In this document: one piece after another, positions 1-12,478 of the stretch | Layout: every line of letters starts with the position of its first letter | Position numbering within the stretch: position 1 is the stretch's first letter | Source of the DNA: Octopus vulgaris | Lineage: Eukaryota | Assembly: GCA_951406725.2 (NCBI GenBank) | Contig: OX597823.1 | Span: 434,001-498,000, forward strand | Direction: 5' to 3' | DNA length: 64,000 nt | Notes under the pieces: model-generated | Seen by the model: the letters and a program-made list of their open reading frames with translations, nothing else | The model's database searches: none | Told to the model about the DNA's origin: nothing | Translations under genes and position numbers: made by a program

Positions 1-440
1 TGCAACATTTTGCCTGCATCTCGAATATTTGTTCTAAGATCAGAAATGATTCTGAAGTTTGTCTTATCCATAGTTTCCCACCTCAACATAAAGTCAAATG
101 GATCTCATCCAAGCCGACCCACTCCACCATAAATACCCCTATGACTCTCAGACACTTTGTTCGTTAACTAAAAGCCTCTATAATTTGTTTTGAGAGTACT
201 TTATGATAGTATTTCTATATGAGTGATAGTGTACAACTAACTTGGCTGCTAACAATTCCAATCCTGACAATTTTGCCACCAAGTTCAGCATGGCAGCATC
301 AAATTATTAAATAGATTAAAAGAAAAGTTTACAATTTGTAATAAGCTGTGGCAAATAAAGTACCTTATAAATTTACAACCAAAATATTATATATATATAT
401 ATAATAATAATAAGAGGGAGTATAACTCCAAACTTACAGG

Positions 441-1495
441 TTTTCGAGAGTTAAGTCAACTTATTTATTTAAGAAATTTTATTGTATTCTATATAACTAT
501 TAATTGAATAGATTTGAATCTATAACTATTTTAGTTGTTAATGATAATTTAGGTATGTATATTTATTTAATAATTATTATTAGTATATAATTATTATAAC
601 TGTACATAAATTTCAAGATATTAGTTAGTCACTGTGGTATATAGATTGTAAAATAGTCATACGATTTTTTTAAGATAGGTTATATGTTTTTAATTTTTAA
701 ACTGTATTTCATAAATATATTCTATAGATATTTATAATATTTATGTAAGTAATAATGAACTAATTTATTTATTTTTGGTTATATGTTTATATATTTATTG
801 CTAGAGGAAATTTTAGATTTTTAATTACTATATTTGTTGATTATAATTTAGATACTTATTTTCATGTATTTATTATTTTATAATTATTAGATGTGAACTT
901 AAATCTAAAAATATTAATAGTGATTATTTTGTTAAATAATTTGGTAAATATTTTGTTAAATAATTTGGTAATTAAATATTGGAGTATAACTGATAGTTTA
1001 TTATGTTTTTTAAAGCCAAATTATAGCTTCAAAGATAAATACATATCTCTATCTATTTTTTACCTTAAAAATTAAATATTTAACATAATAAATGTGTTGT
1101 ATGAAATAATCCTAATGTTTTAAGTTTCTAATTTAGTTAATGGAGTTTTTTCTATAAGAAAAATTATTATTTTATTTATTTCTTAAATAAATATTGCTTA
1201 ATTCTATTTGCTTATTTATTTAACTATTATAATTAACCTGAAGATTGACTATAATTTTAAATCGAATTTATTTCAATTGAATTTAAACTTAATTGTAATT
1301 CGAATTTAATTGTAGTCATGAAACGGATGTAGTTCTTTTACTTATTATATTATATATTGATCATTCATTTTTATACTTTTTGAGATCTAGTTATAAGTTA
1401 TAGGTTTTATAAAAATATATATTATTTGTTATTTATGTATTGGTTTATTTATGTCTATCACTGTTTGAGTTGCATAATAGTGGTTTTATCTCTAA
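441..1495 (+). pseudogene. Extremely AT-rich, C-depleted island; candidate decayed SSU rRNA copy (organellar or foreign)
   Basis: Short motifs in SSU rRNA order that differ from consensus mainly by transitions (see findings); sharp compositional boundaries. Confidence 0.4.
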
Positions 1496-1555
1496 TTTAT
1501 TTTATGTATGTATGTATGTATGTGTGTTTGTGTATGTATGTATGTATGTATGTAT

Positions 1556-1922
1556 AGGTGCAGTGTAGCTCTATGGTAAGAAGCTTGCTTCCCAACCATA
1601 TCATCCTGGGTTCAGTCTCACAGTATGGCACTTTGAGCAAGTGTCTTCTACTATAGCCTTGGGCTGACCAAAGTGGATTTGGTAGACAGAGACTGAAAGA
1701 AGCCTGTTGTGTTTATATATAGTACGTATGTATGTATATATTTGTATGTGTGTCTGTGTTTATCCCCCCATCATTGCTTGACAACCAATGTTGGTGTGTT
1801 TACATCCCTGTACCTTAGCGGTTCAGCAAAGGAGACTGATAGAAATAAGTACTAGGTTTACAAAGAATGATTTGGTGCTCCTGCATGGCTGCAGTCAAAT
1901 GACTGAAATATGTGAATAAATA
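1556..1922 (+). mobile_element. tRNA-derived SINE, family A (degenerate copy)
   Basis: A/B-box-like head (tagctctatggtaag...ggttcagtct), central TA/TG tract and tail ggtgctcctgcatggctgcagtcaaatgactgaaa; same family as 50408-50775. Confidence 0.8.
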
Positions 1923-1932
1923 AATACATATG

Positions 1933-2120
<188 letters not shown>

Positions 2121-2134
2121 TTGTAGATGCATAC

Positions 2135-2210
2135 CTTGTATATTCTTCACCCAGTTTGCTGGGGTCAGACACATAGAATTTCACTCGAAAATAAAACTCG
2201 TATGTTGGAC
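2135..2210 (-). CDS. PTPN4: PTPN4-like coding exon 4 (FERM N/central lobe junction); gene continues beyond position 1
   Basis: tttatttcag|GTCCAA...TACAAG|gtatgc; phase 1/2; (G)PTYEFYFRVKFYVSDPSKLGEEYT(R) matches FERM FRVKF.VSDP.KL.EEYTR. Confidence 0.95.
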
Positions 2211-4079
2211 CTGAAATAAAGAGTTAAATTTGTGTTAATAACAATATCATTTTTTTTAAAAAATTACTTTCCCAGGAATGTTTGCATAGGTTTAACAACA
2301 CATCACCAACAAAACCAATCGTCATGAGTTATTCAGGCTTAACTTTCAGATAACAATTTCACAACAAATCTTCTGTAATCAAAAGCTGTATTTGCTATCC
2401 TCGCATACATTTCTATATTGTGCCACATCAATGAAAGAACATTAAAGTCAATTAAATGAAGATAATATATTAAGAGTTAACCAGGTTATATAGTTTATAT
2501 AGCTTTACACCTTCGTCATTAGAAAATTGTGTGATCAATACATCTAATTTGGTATCTTGCTGTTATGCAAATAATGTTGATATGAAGAGCGCATTTGACA
2601 GGGAGATGAAGAGAGAGAACTAGCATACAGGACTATGACTAAGAATTAGTTTCTTTGAACCAGGATTTACTGGTTCTACATTGCACTTATGTTCCTTAAT
2701 TGAAATCTATCCAGTCAGTGTGATGATGATGTTGATGACGGTGACATGACTGTTGATAAGCAAGGGGCAGGTTGCTTTACAGTTATGAAATTAGCTGAAG
2801 CAAGTGATTCCCTTAAAATGCCGACTCCAACAATTTGCAAATATTCATTTTTTACGGAAAAAAAACAACTTTTCACTCATGATAGAATGAAAAACTGAAT
2901 TTAATAATCACATACGGCCCTTTTTTTCTCAAGTGATGGAACCACTTCTCTTATTAATTCATTTCATATTGTGTTACCCAATCCTTACATGAGTCTTCAC
3001 TTGCTAACATCTTCTGATGGAAATAACATGGATGATGGAATGTACATCAACTTCTAAACCCCCAGCAATTTTTGTTCAAAAGCTGTCTAAGGAAGATACT
3101 GGTTAATTATATCATTGTTGACTGAGTTCTACTAATCAAAGAGTTACTTTGCTCATTTCTGACAAAGAACTTTACTCTACAAACATCTTGGACACAGCCT
3201 TAGTATCTGTCTACCATCTCCATCACTGATCTTTGACTTAATGATATAGTTAATTACCGATTACATAGGACTATTACGAGAGAAACAGTTGTATTGTTGA
3301 AGAGATCAGATTAGCAAATGGAACTGTTGCTTGTATCATAGTCACCATTTTAGGATCAAGCTTAATACTTATATTGACATGGATAGCTTGAGCATGCTAC
3401 CTTACTAACAAGTTGGGCTTTGTTATAAAATGACCTGCTCTGGAGCCTGCGTCTGTAGGAAACTAATTTGGGGAATAGAAATTTGATAATATAAGCATCA
3501 GTGAGTGAAAATAAGGGACTTTACTGTCAGTAATAATTAAGGTTCCTTTTCAACGTGCACAGCAGTTTATATTTTGTAGTTGATTCCAGAAAGTATTTAA
3601 AACTATCAGTTAATCAATAATAAGTCTGATCCTGACTTTCACAAATATCAAATAATTATTGATGACCAACAGAAGGTCCTAAAATGGAGCATAAACTCAA
3701 ATAGAGGTGAGAAGCGATGACATTGAAGAAATGAAGCAGTATGTTTCCTTTAGACATGAATGCTGAAATATCAGACAATGGAAGAGCTGGATAGGTGTTT
3801 GCTTTCTGTAAAGATATGATCAGAGTAGAGATGGACAAAACCCCATGTGCAAACCTCTTCATTAGCATTGGCTTACCAGTGCTTTCATACATAAGTGAGA
3901 TGTAGACTACCATGAATAAAGTTCTATGCAAGGAATATTATATTGGGAACATATACAAAACAGAGAAATTAAAAAATGGAGTGATCAATATGATTAGAGA
4001 ATACTGAAAGTATAAATTCAGTCGAGCCAGAGATACTACAAAGTTTACAGACAACAGGTGAAGCTGTGAAGTTGTAGAA

Positions 4080-5641
4080 TCTCTTATTATAAAAGGCAGA
4101 TTTTATTTGCCTCCCTTTGGGAGTTATACAAATCTACAATATAGGATTTCTTCAATTACAATTTACATAGCATTTTTAAGAGTAGAATGCATCGCGTCAT
4201 GCCAGGTCCAGTTTTTAAAATTTAAACTCCAATTAAGCAAAATTTACAGAAAACTCACATTCTGGTGTGGTGTGTCAAATGCTTTTCTTAGTCTGGTTTA
4301 CACCACACGCAAACGCACACACACAGTGTGCAACGAATAAAATGAAAGTAAATAGCAACAGAGTGATTTGAGGAAGACTAAACTGAAAGTATTTAAACCA
4401 CTACTCAAAAAATAAAAAAAACACAGCAAACAGAAACAAATAAATACATAACCATTTACTCCTCACACAATTTCTTCAATTAGAATTTACCTAAGATTTT
4501 TCAAAGTACTCCATTCGCTCATGCCATAATATATTTCTTTCAATTTCACCCCCAATTAAGACAAAATTCGAGAAAACTCAATATTTTAACATATCACTCC
4601 GAAAGCATTGATGTACATGTGTGCGTGCGTGAGTGTGTGTATGTCATTCCTCACACACACGCATACATATACAACTACATACAACTACATACACATACAA
4701 CTACATACAAACACGTGTGTGTTTGTTATTAGTAAAAAAGGCGCCAAAACTCAACTCACTTATCATTCCAACACATTTGCAAAGACACACGGACGGACAG
4801 AAAAGGTAAATTGGTTTTTATTTTACTCTGTATATATTTTATTATATAATATTATATATAGATATATGTATATATAATTGCAGTATGAAACAGTGTTTAT
4901 GTATAAACAGACGACACTTATATATAGTTACCAAGCCGCCCGAATTTACCTATTCATATTTAAATGAGAATATCAGAGCAAATCTCTTTAGTACATTCGT
5001 GAAAACACGTATTATACTTCGTAAACACTTCAACTACAGTTTTGTACAAAAATCGAAGTGTAATTTTAATTCCGTGAATTATGGGAGATTTTTTTCCGAA
5101 ATTTGTTCCTATTGTGTTTTCAAAATTTGTAATTCTGACAAAAAATGGATACGAATTTCATTATATCAAGCAGCGAGTCAGAATTCGAAGGATTTTCTAC
5201 TGAAGACCTTCATAAATCTAACTCTATGACTGAAAAAAAAAAAGCATCTTTATATAAGAGTGAAGTTGTGTGTCTGTCTCCTACGATTTAGATTCCTAAC
5301 TACTCCCACATTTTGCGGTGCAGTTTAACCAAAAGCGGGTATCTTATAGTCGTGATTCATATCGAGCCCTTCTGGGTATTAGCGTGCGTCTATGATGAGT
5401 CTACGATTTAAAAAAAATTTACCATCATATTTTTCCATTTTAATGCATTTTTTTCGCTTTTATATAAGGGAAGTAACTCTCTAAAAATATCTACGATGTG
5501 CCAACGATTTAAAAAAAAATTTACCTTAATTTTTTTTCAATTTTTAATGCATTTTTTTGCTATTTTTTGGCTATAACTCTCTAAAAATGCTTATATAGTT
5601 ATTTCCCTTACAACCTGAGCAACGCCGGGCGATACTGCTAG
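4080..5641 (+). mobile_element. Non-autonomous Helitron-like composite element
   Basis: a|TC 5' end at 4080, second TC-type 5' end at 5247, subterminal hairpin cctgagcaacgccggg and CTAG|t 3' end at 5641; no TSD. Confidence 0.65.
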
Positions 5642-6044
5642 TGGTATCTAAACGACTGGAAGAGACTGCTTGGAAAATCTTTAATATGGTGGAAAGGTGA
5701 CACACTCAAATGATTCCAGCCCAAATAGAAGAGAAAAGCACAATGAAGGGAAGAATTGAAGTGCAATATGGCTAATGACGACCACTGGTGTATAGGGACA
5801 TCCAATAGTCTAGTTGGGCAAAAAAAGCCCCACATAACTGAGGTTCTAAATTTGTGCCTGCACTGTTTTTTTACCTTCTACTCTCTCTCTCTCTCTCTCT
5901 CTTTCCCTCTTTCTGGCCAGGTAACCAGGTACAGCAAGATACCTGTTTCTGTCACTCTCTAACCTTTTATCATCTGAGACAAAATCACCTCCTTCGAAGC
6001 CCCCTCCTCCTCTCTCAAAGATTCCTTGTCTTGCAAGTTAATTG

Positions 6045-6320
6045 GTGACCCTGCCAGTGATGGTGCCATGTAAAAAGCATCCAGTCCTCACTGTAAAGTG
6101 GTTGGCATTTGAAAGGGCACCCAGCTGTAAAAACCATGCCAAAACTGACCACGCCTGTGCTGGTGCCACATAAAAATCACTCAGTCCACTCTGTGAAGTG
6201 GCTAGTATTAGGAAGGACATCCAGCCATAAAAACCATGCCAAAACAGAAGTCTGGTGCAGCCTTATGCAAGGCCAGCTCCTGTCAGACATGTCCCATCCA
6301 TGCCAGCATGGAAGGCAGGA
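6045..6320 (+). mobile_element. RTE 3'-UTR-derived repeat (degenerate)
   Basis: Motifs gtggttggcatt..aagggcacccagctgtaaaaaccatgcc and ccatgccagcatgg are shared with the RTE tail at 49130-49287. Confidence 0.65.
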
Positions 6321-7004
6321 ATTATATGAAGACAATGATGAGAAAACTGTTTATGCTATTGTAACAAGACTCCTGCTGGGTTTTGAACCATCACTCTCAG
6401 ATTGCCTGTCATAGGATTATAGTCTACCATACTTCCATAAAGCGATGTGTTGCCATAAAAGGCGTTGACAATTATGCAAATATGGCTTGGCCAAGCAGCA
6501 TGTACTGAATTGTTATGCCGAGAATATATAGGAAATGTGTGAGTTTTCCTGCCAAATGGCTTGAGTGAAAGTTTCAGCAACTTTTGCTTACTGTTATAAA
6601 AAGCAGGCAAATTCAACATCAGACCAGAGCCACCCAGTGGTCCACGTGGAGCTACATCACCTTGCTCGTCAGATGATCTCTTGCCCCCTTCTCATTTTCC
6701 TAATTAAACATGCTTGTACTGTGTTTAGCAAAAACTACTGACTTTCGGTTGTAATCTTGATTTGTGCTTACATTACTTCCATACAGCATTTTAAACTTTT
6801 TTGACTTCAATAACTATAAACTATTTCATAATATTATCTATCATGTTATATCATAGAAGAATTTAGGCACATGAATGTTGTTCCATTGAATCAAATATTG
6901 GTACATATGTAAATACAAGAGTTTAGGGTTAAAAATATATGGAAACTCAAATATTAGTGTAGCCATTCTTACATTCACACAAAACCTATTTGATATGAAC
7001 TACC

Positions 7005-7346
7005 GTAAAAGACCCCCTTCGGTCATGAATGACCATGGGATTGCACCTAGAAAGTTACCCTCCTAGACACAAGTCCGGGCAAGGTTGTTTATGGAAGACC
7101 AGCAGTCGCCCATGCGTACCAGCCTCCCCTCTCCACGCCACCAGTGTTATCCTAGGGAAAGACAAAGGTCGATACAGCTTGGCACCAGTGACGTCGCAAC
7201 TCATTTCTACAGCTGAGTGAACTGGAGCAACGTGAAAAATAAAGTGCTTTGCTCAAGAACACAACACGCAGCCCGGACCGGGATTCGAGCTCACAACCTC
7301 ATGATCGTAAGCTCGACGCTCTAACCACTGAGCCATGTGCCTTCAC
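7005..7346 (-). mobile_element. tRNA-derived SINE, family B
   Basis: Reverse complement begins gtgaaggcacatggctcagtggttagagcg...gagctcgaatcccgg (Pol III A/B boxes); related copies at 16297-16623 and 15400-15703. Confidence 0.85.
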
Positions 7347-7814
7347 TATGAACTACCAAGGACGAATTAATAACCAAAGACCTGAAAAACAATCACTACA
7401 ATGCCTGCTGAAGTTAAAGAAACAACTCAAAGTTGCTTCCAACGTTTAAACAATTCTTTTGGCCTCAGGTTTTTACAAGATTGGCTGCCAACTAAATTAG
7501 GGTAGTATCTGACTGCCATCAAAGAAATGATAACTTGATAAATCTATTTCTGAAATTGGTGCCGGATCTAACTTTGTGGCATGATGTTTTTGTGAAGAGA
7601 AAGTGAAATACTGAGATGAAAATTCTTAAAAGAAGAGATGGACAGAAAATTCAAACAATGAAGGATTCACTATTGTTATGTGAGCAGGTAAGAATAAATA
7701 CTGTTCACCTGAAAACAGATAATTTATCATAACTTATCATACACCTCATGATTTCAAATTTTTCTTTTCAGTACCAGTTTCAGCTGGTTAGACTCTTGTA
7801 TTAACTGATAAACT

Positions 7815-8055
7815 ATCATCATCATCATCATCATCATGAAGATTCCTTAACTGATGCAGCCAGCTGTTAGGGTGCCACCCTAAATGTTTCCATAGACACC
7901 ATTCTCACTGGTCTCTATTCTCTGTCATGCATTGCAGTTTCACAGTGCTCTGACCTGTTCGGTCCTCGATGTTGTCAAACCAAGATTTTCTCTGTCCACC
8001 TCGCTTTCACACTCTCTCAACTGTGCCCTAGAGAATTGTTTTTAGACAGGGAGTT
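7815..8055 (-). mobile_element. RTE/BovB-like LINE 3' fragment
   Basis: Minus strand encodes GTVERV.KRGGQRKSWFDNIED (RTE C-terminal motif), followed by a (GAT)n tail. Confidence 0.6.
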
Positions 8056-8225
8056 GTGGGAATTTTAGCACATGAGTTATGTTCCAAATTAGCCCAGTTA
8101 GTTTTTAAACTGAGAAATATTATTGAATAGAGAAAGTTTTGACTTCCTCTTCACTGTTGATGAGAAGACAGAATTTGCATCTTTAGAATTCTTGTCCCGC
8201 CATTGTTTTGAACAAGTTTAAAATC

Positions 8226-8643
8226 GCATGTTGTCAACTTAATGTGACAGTCCCATAAAAGGGAAGAATGCTACTGTTGTTTAGCCCTAGGAAACATTGA
8301 TTGCTGTTGGACTTGACATATTTCCTGTGGCCTTATGTTTTCAAAGGTGGAGATAAACACCTCTACCCAGCAAATCCAGCACCCAGAGACTAGTTTCAGA
8401 GTCATTGCTCATCATCAGTCTGGAGTAGCATGGCTTGCTAGCTGTCGATGACTATCTGCCTTCGAAAAAATATATATTTCAAGTGAAATACATTCACTGA
8501 TTTTTGAAAATTGAGATAATATATTTGAAAACATAAGGACAGAAGAAATGTGTCAAGTCCAACAGGAAACGGTGTTTCCTAGGGCTAAATAACAGTAGCA
8601 TTCTTCCCTTTTATGGGACTGTCACATTAAGTTGACAACATGC
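8226..8643. mobile_element. Fold-back element with ~120 bp inverted arms and an internal hammerhead-like motif (Penelope pLTR-derived?)
   Basis: 8226-8345 is the near reverse complement of 8524-8643; hammerhead-like core on the minus strand at 8382-8424. Confidence 0.75.
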
Positions 8644-9299
8644 TATCACTTTATCATGCTGCTACTGCATAAATTTCTCTGTGAGATTTGGAAATATTTT
8701 ATTTCCAAGTTTAAAATCATCTTCATTTTTATTGAGTTTGTCTGCTTCTTTACTCAATTCTCACAGCCTCCATCCTAAGAGATTCGCAGGATTAACCTAA
8801 AGAAAGCCTGACACACATGCACACACAACTTTTCCAATTAGAAGAATGAGGAAAGATCATTGAATTGGAGCAGAGAATACAAAAGTTGAACTGTAAGTAC
8901 ATTCCAAGAACAGCAAAAGGAAGACAGTATTTAAAAAAGCAATGACTAAGCAATATTTGGTAAGAACTTCCAGAGAAGGAAGCAGCAGAAGCAGACTGGA
9001 ACAAGTACAAGAGACTTTCCTAAATGTAGGTTGTCTGTTACTGGAAAGTTTTGTGATGGAAAATCACTAGGATGACAAATTCGACATCTGTAAATGATTG
9101 CTTGGCTTGCAAGAAATAGCATCCAAATCTTTCTCAAAACACTCCTTACTGTCTTAAAAGAGAGAGGACATATGTAGTTCTTGACACACTTGAATGCTTC
9201 TGATCTTAAGTCTGACTAATTAGGAATGACCTGGGACGAAACAACAATATCACTTATACAATAAAATAGATCAAAATAGTTCAAATGAAGATGATTTAC

Positions 9300-9342
9300 C
9301 TCTGCATTGTTTCTTGACCGTTTTCAAAGGATCAACCCATCT
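9300..9342 (-). CDS. PTPN4: PTPN4-like coding exon 3 (43 nt)
   Basis: ttcttacag|AGATGG...GCAGAG|gtaaat; RWVDPLKTVKKQCR plus one G (phase 0/1); FERM motif RW.DP.K...KQ. Confidence 0.92.
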
Positions 9343-10304
9343 CTGTAAGAAAAAACAAGAAAACTATTGTAGCACAATGACACTGGTTATATTTCTGAAA
9401 TCTACTCTTTTCAGCATTTTCACTGTCAGTTGTTGTTGTTGTTGTTGGGTCGTCCCAATAAGTTCAGCTATTGCTTCTCTGACTTAGTCCTCTTTAAACT
9501 TTTCAACTGTATACAATACTTTAATAGTCAACCAGCAGCACAGGATTATCTTCATTATCATCACAAATGGCAGGCAGTAGGATGGGACAGTTGTTTAGGC
9601 ATGAAGTTTGTAACCTAGTTTTGATTTCCAACTGGAATAATTTCTCTTGTGCCATTATGTCTTTCAGAAAAGCATAAATCTCAAATTGTCCAATTTCCTT
9701 TGCATTAATAAATGTGAGCCTTGACACTTGTCGTAGAACCAGATCCAAATAAATACCAGAAAGTTACTATTCATTAAATGGAGTCTACCTAGCCTCTTAA
9801 GAAAATTGTTAAATTGCGCATTTGACCGAAAAAAAAACCAAAAACGTTTCATTAAAAGAAATTCATATTATTATTATGCCTATACAATACTTTTGTTATC
9901 ATTTAACCTCTATTTTATTCTGGTCCACACAAAATTGTAACCTCAGTTCTAAATCTTTGACAGGAGTTATTATTAATATTATAATAAATTGAGATTTTTA
10001 CTTCAATTTTTCACTCATCTTTTTATGTATTGATAACATTTAACCCATTGACAAAATCTTCAAGTATATTTATTGAATGACATATTCTTCTGATAATTAG
10101 GAGATTTTTTTTTTGTTGTGATAGTAGACCATTTTTGCATGCTAGGATGCGAGTCACATGAAGCCAGCTCCAAATAACAACTGAAACTAAGTAGAAGGAA
10201 TTAATTCCCTAAATTATGTCTCTTATCATTATATTTAAAATGTCGATCATATTTAGCTATTAAAAGGGGAAGAAAAACACAGCCTGGGACTTTTGCATTA
10301 TATC

Positions 10305-11237
10305 TATGAGGTGGAATCAAAAAGTTCCCAGACTAGTTCCGTAGCATGCCAACAGGTGGCAGCACATAGCTGCATATGTGCAGTGAGAGCTAGCAGTGAA
10401 TTTCACAAGGCAGTGTGTTGAGTGACATCAGTGTGTTTACTTTGAGACATTGCTGTGTCTTTGCGATCAGGTGTGTATGCTGTAGTCTGCAATTTTTGTC
10501 ATGGACAGGAAATTAGAACAAAGAACCAATGTGAAATTTTGCATGGAAGTTGGGAAGTCTGCTACAGAGATATTGAGTATGATGCTTTGGCAAGCTAGTG
10601 GCAACAAGGCACTGAGTCGTATGCAATGCTTTGAGTGGCACAGGTGCTTCAAAAGTGGAAGAATGTCCTGGAAGACAACAAGCAATCTAGAAGACCTGCT
10701 ACAAGTGTCAGCCCCGGAAATGTGGAGAAAATTCCTCAGCTTGTGCATAAGAATTGATGGAGGACAATCAATGCCATTTTGAAGTATTTGAAGGAGGACA
10801 TTTGGTGAAAGCGAGCGGACTTGTAGAGTGCAAAGAATTGGATTCTTCATGACAATGCACCCTGTCACTGAGCTCTCCTCACTTGTGAATTCTTCACCAG
10901 AAACAATATGGTGGTATCACTTCTGCACCTGCCTTATTTGCCAGATTGAGCACTTGTAGACTTCCATCTCTTCTTCAAGATGAAGAGACAGCTGAAAGGT
11001 TGCTGCTTTAACACTGTTATCGAGATCCAGGGAGAATTGCAGAAGCTCCTCGACTCACTTATGGGAAACGACTTCCAGCCAGGCCAGACTTCCAAATTTG
11101 GCAGCAATGCTGGGACCAGGGTATTGCAGCTGCACAAGGTGACTATTTTGAAGGAGATGATGTTAAAACTTAGGTAAATAAGTTCTTTTTTTTATTAAAC
11201 ATAACTAGTCCGGGAACTTAATGATACTACCTTTGTA
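10305..11237 (+). mobile_element. Internally deleted mariner
   Basis: Imperfect TIRs (tatgaggtggaatcaaaaagttcccagactagt / actagtccgggaacttaatgatactacctttgta); ORF 10501 EQRTNVKFC..VGKSATE (mariner HTH); HDNAP and YLPD motif relics. Confidence 0.85.
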
Positions 11238-11439
11238 TTGGAGTACATAATATTATAAAATGTGACTTCATTAACATTCAAATAGAGTACATTAAGTTAT
11301 TTTCAGCAAGGTAGAGTGCACGAATATATTATCAACAAAATACAGGATAAAGATTATTATCATGTGATGAAAACTCTCGGCTTATTTTAGTGGGTAAGAT
11401 GGAAAGTGTCAGCTGTCCACAGCCAGCAGACTAGGGTGA

Positions 11440-11915
11440 CACTTGTTTACTGATTATGCTTCAAGAACCTTGTGGAGAACACTTGCAGTTCCAAGCAATG
11501 ATAATTTTTGTAGGAGGTGTTTTACCTTCACACTTGCAGCATCAATCTTTGGCAGTTGAGTCCTGATACTTCCAAGCATGCCCAATTACAATTGCTATTA
11601 TCACATCCACTCTCGTCAATGCCCAAAACCTTCATATTTCCTACTTCAAATCATTGTAGTTAATCCCTTTTTCTTCTTCCTTTTTGATCCTGTTGTCACC
11701 AGGACATGCTATGTCAATTACCATGCAGGATTTTCCTTTTTTAGTCACCAAAACAATGTCAGATTTCTGACGTCTGGTGTGATGGTCACACTGAATCATT
11801 GCATCCCACAAGATTTTGCAGTCTTCATTTTCAGTGACTCCTTCTGGAGTTTGACCATACCATGGTCTTTCCTCTTTGTAGGCCATGATTTCCACACAAC
11901 TTCAAATGGGCCATT
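11440..11915 (-). mobile_element. Old R4/Dong-type LINE 3' fragment (RLE domain)
   Basis: ORF 11641-11895 reads WY..TPE.VTENE..KILWD...SDIVLV...IDIACPGD. Confidence 0.75.
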
Positions 11916-12478
11916 CTTGCCACACTGTCATGTCTTTTGTGTTTGTGTTGTGTCAATTTTGGGGATTCCCTAGCAATGTGACCCTAATTTCACCCCTCTC
12001 CCCATACTGCATCTGTCATTCTCAGTTATGTTGTCAGTTCTCCACTTCACAGAGTTCATCCTTAACACTTGTTCTTCTGCTCTGCAGAGAACTGCTTCTG
12101 GCATTCACATCTCTTGCAAACTCATTCTACATTTCTTTTTTCTTCCCATGCTATTTCTTTTGCTGTGTTTTTTCCCTTCTTTAAGTTTTTCTTTCTTTAC
12201 ACAATCATCAATTTTGATGATGCTGGACTTCTTCACATTTTTCAGTTATGGTTCCATGGCATTTTTTACATACCACCCTAAGCTGTTTTCCTCTGCTTCT
12301 ACACAATTTTGGCAACTGATCAGTGTCACTCTTGAGATGGAATGCTCTGTGCACTGTCAATATTTTCTGTCTTCACATCCATGCTCATCAGTTCTTCCTT
12401 TTGCCAGTTTATGATTCCAACTTCAAACCAAAGTGATGCTGTCACTCATGTATTTACGGCAATATAATTATTATTATT

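Noticed and set aside
1-400. Next PTPN4 exon (expected to begin Y..FLQ...DIL.G)
   Set aside because: No matching translation with splice sites found between positions 1 and 2134; it presumably lies outside the window.
7270-7346. tRNA gene
   Set aside because: The tRNA-like head continues into a SINE body and recurs elsewhere in the window; no clean acceptor stem.
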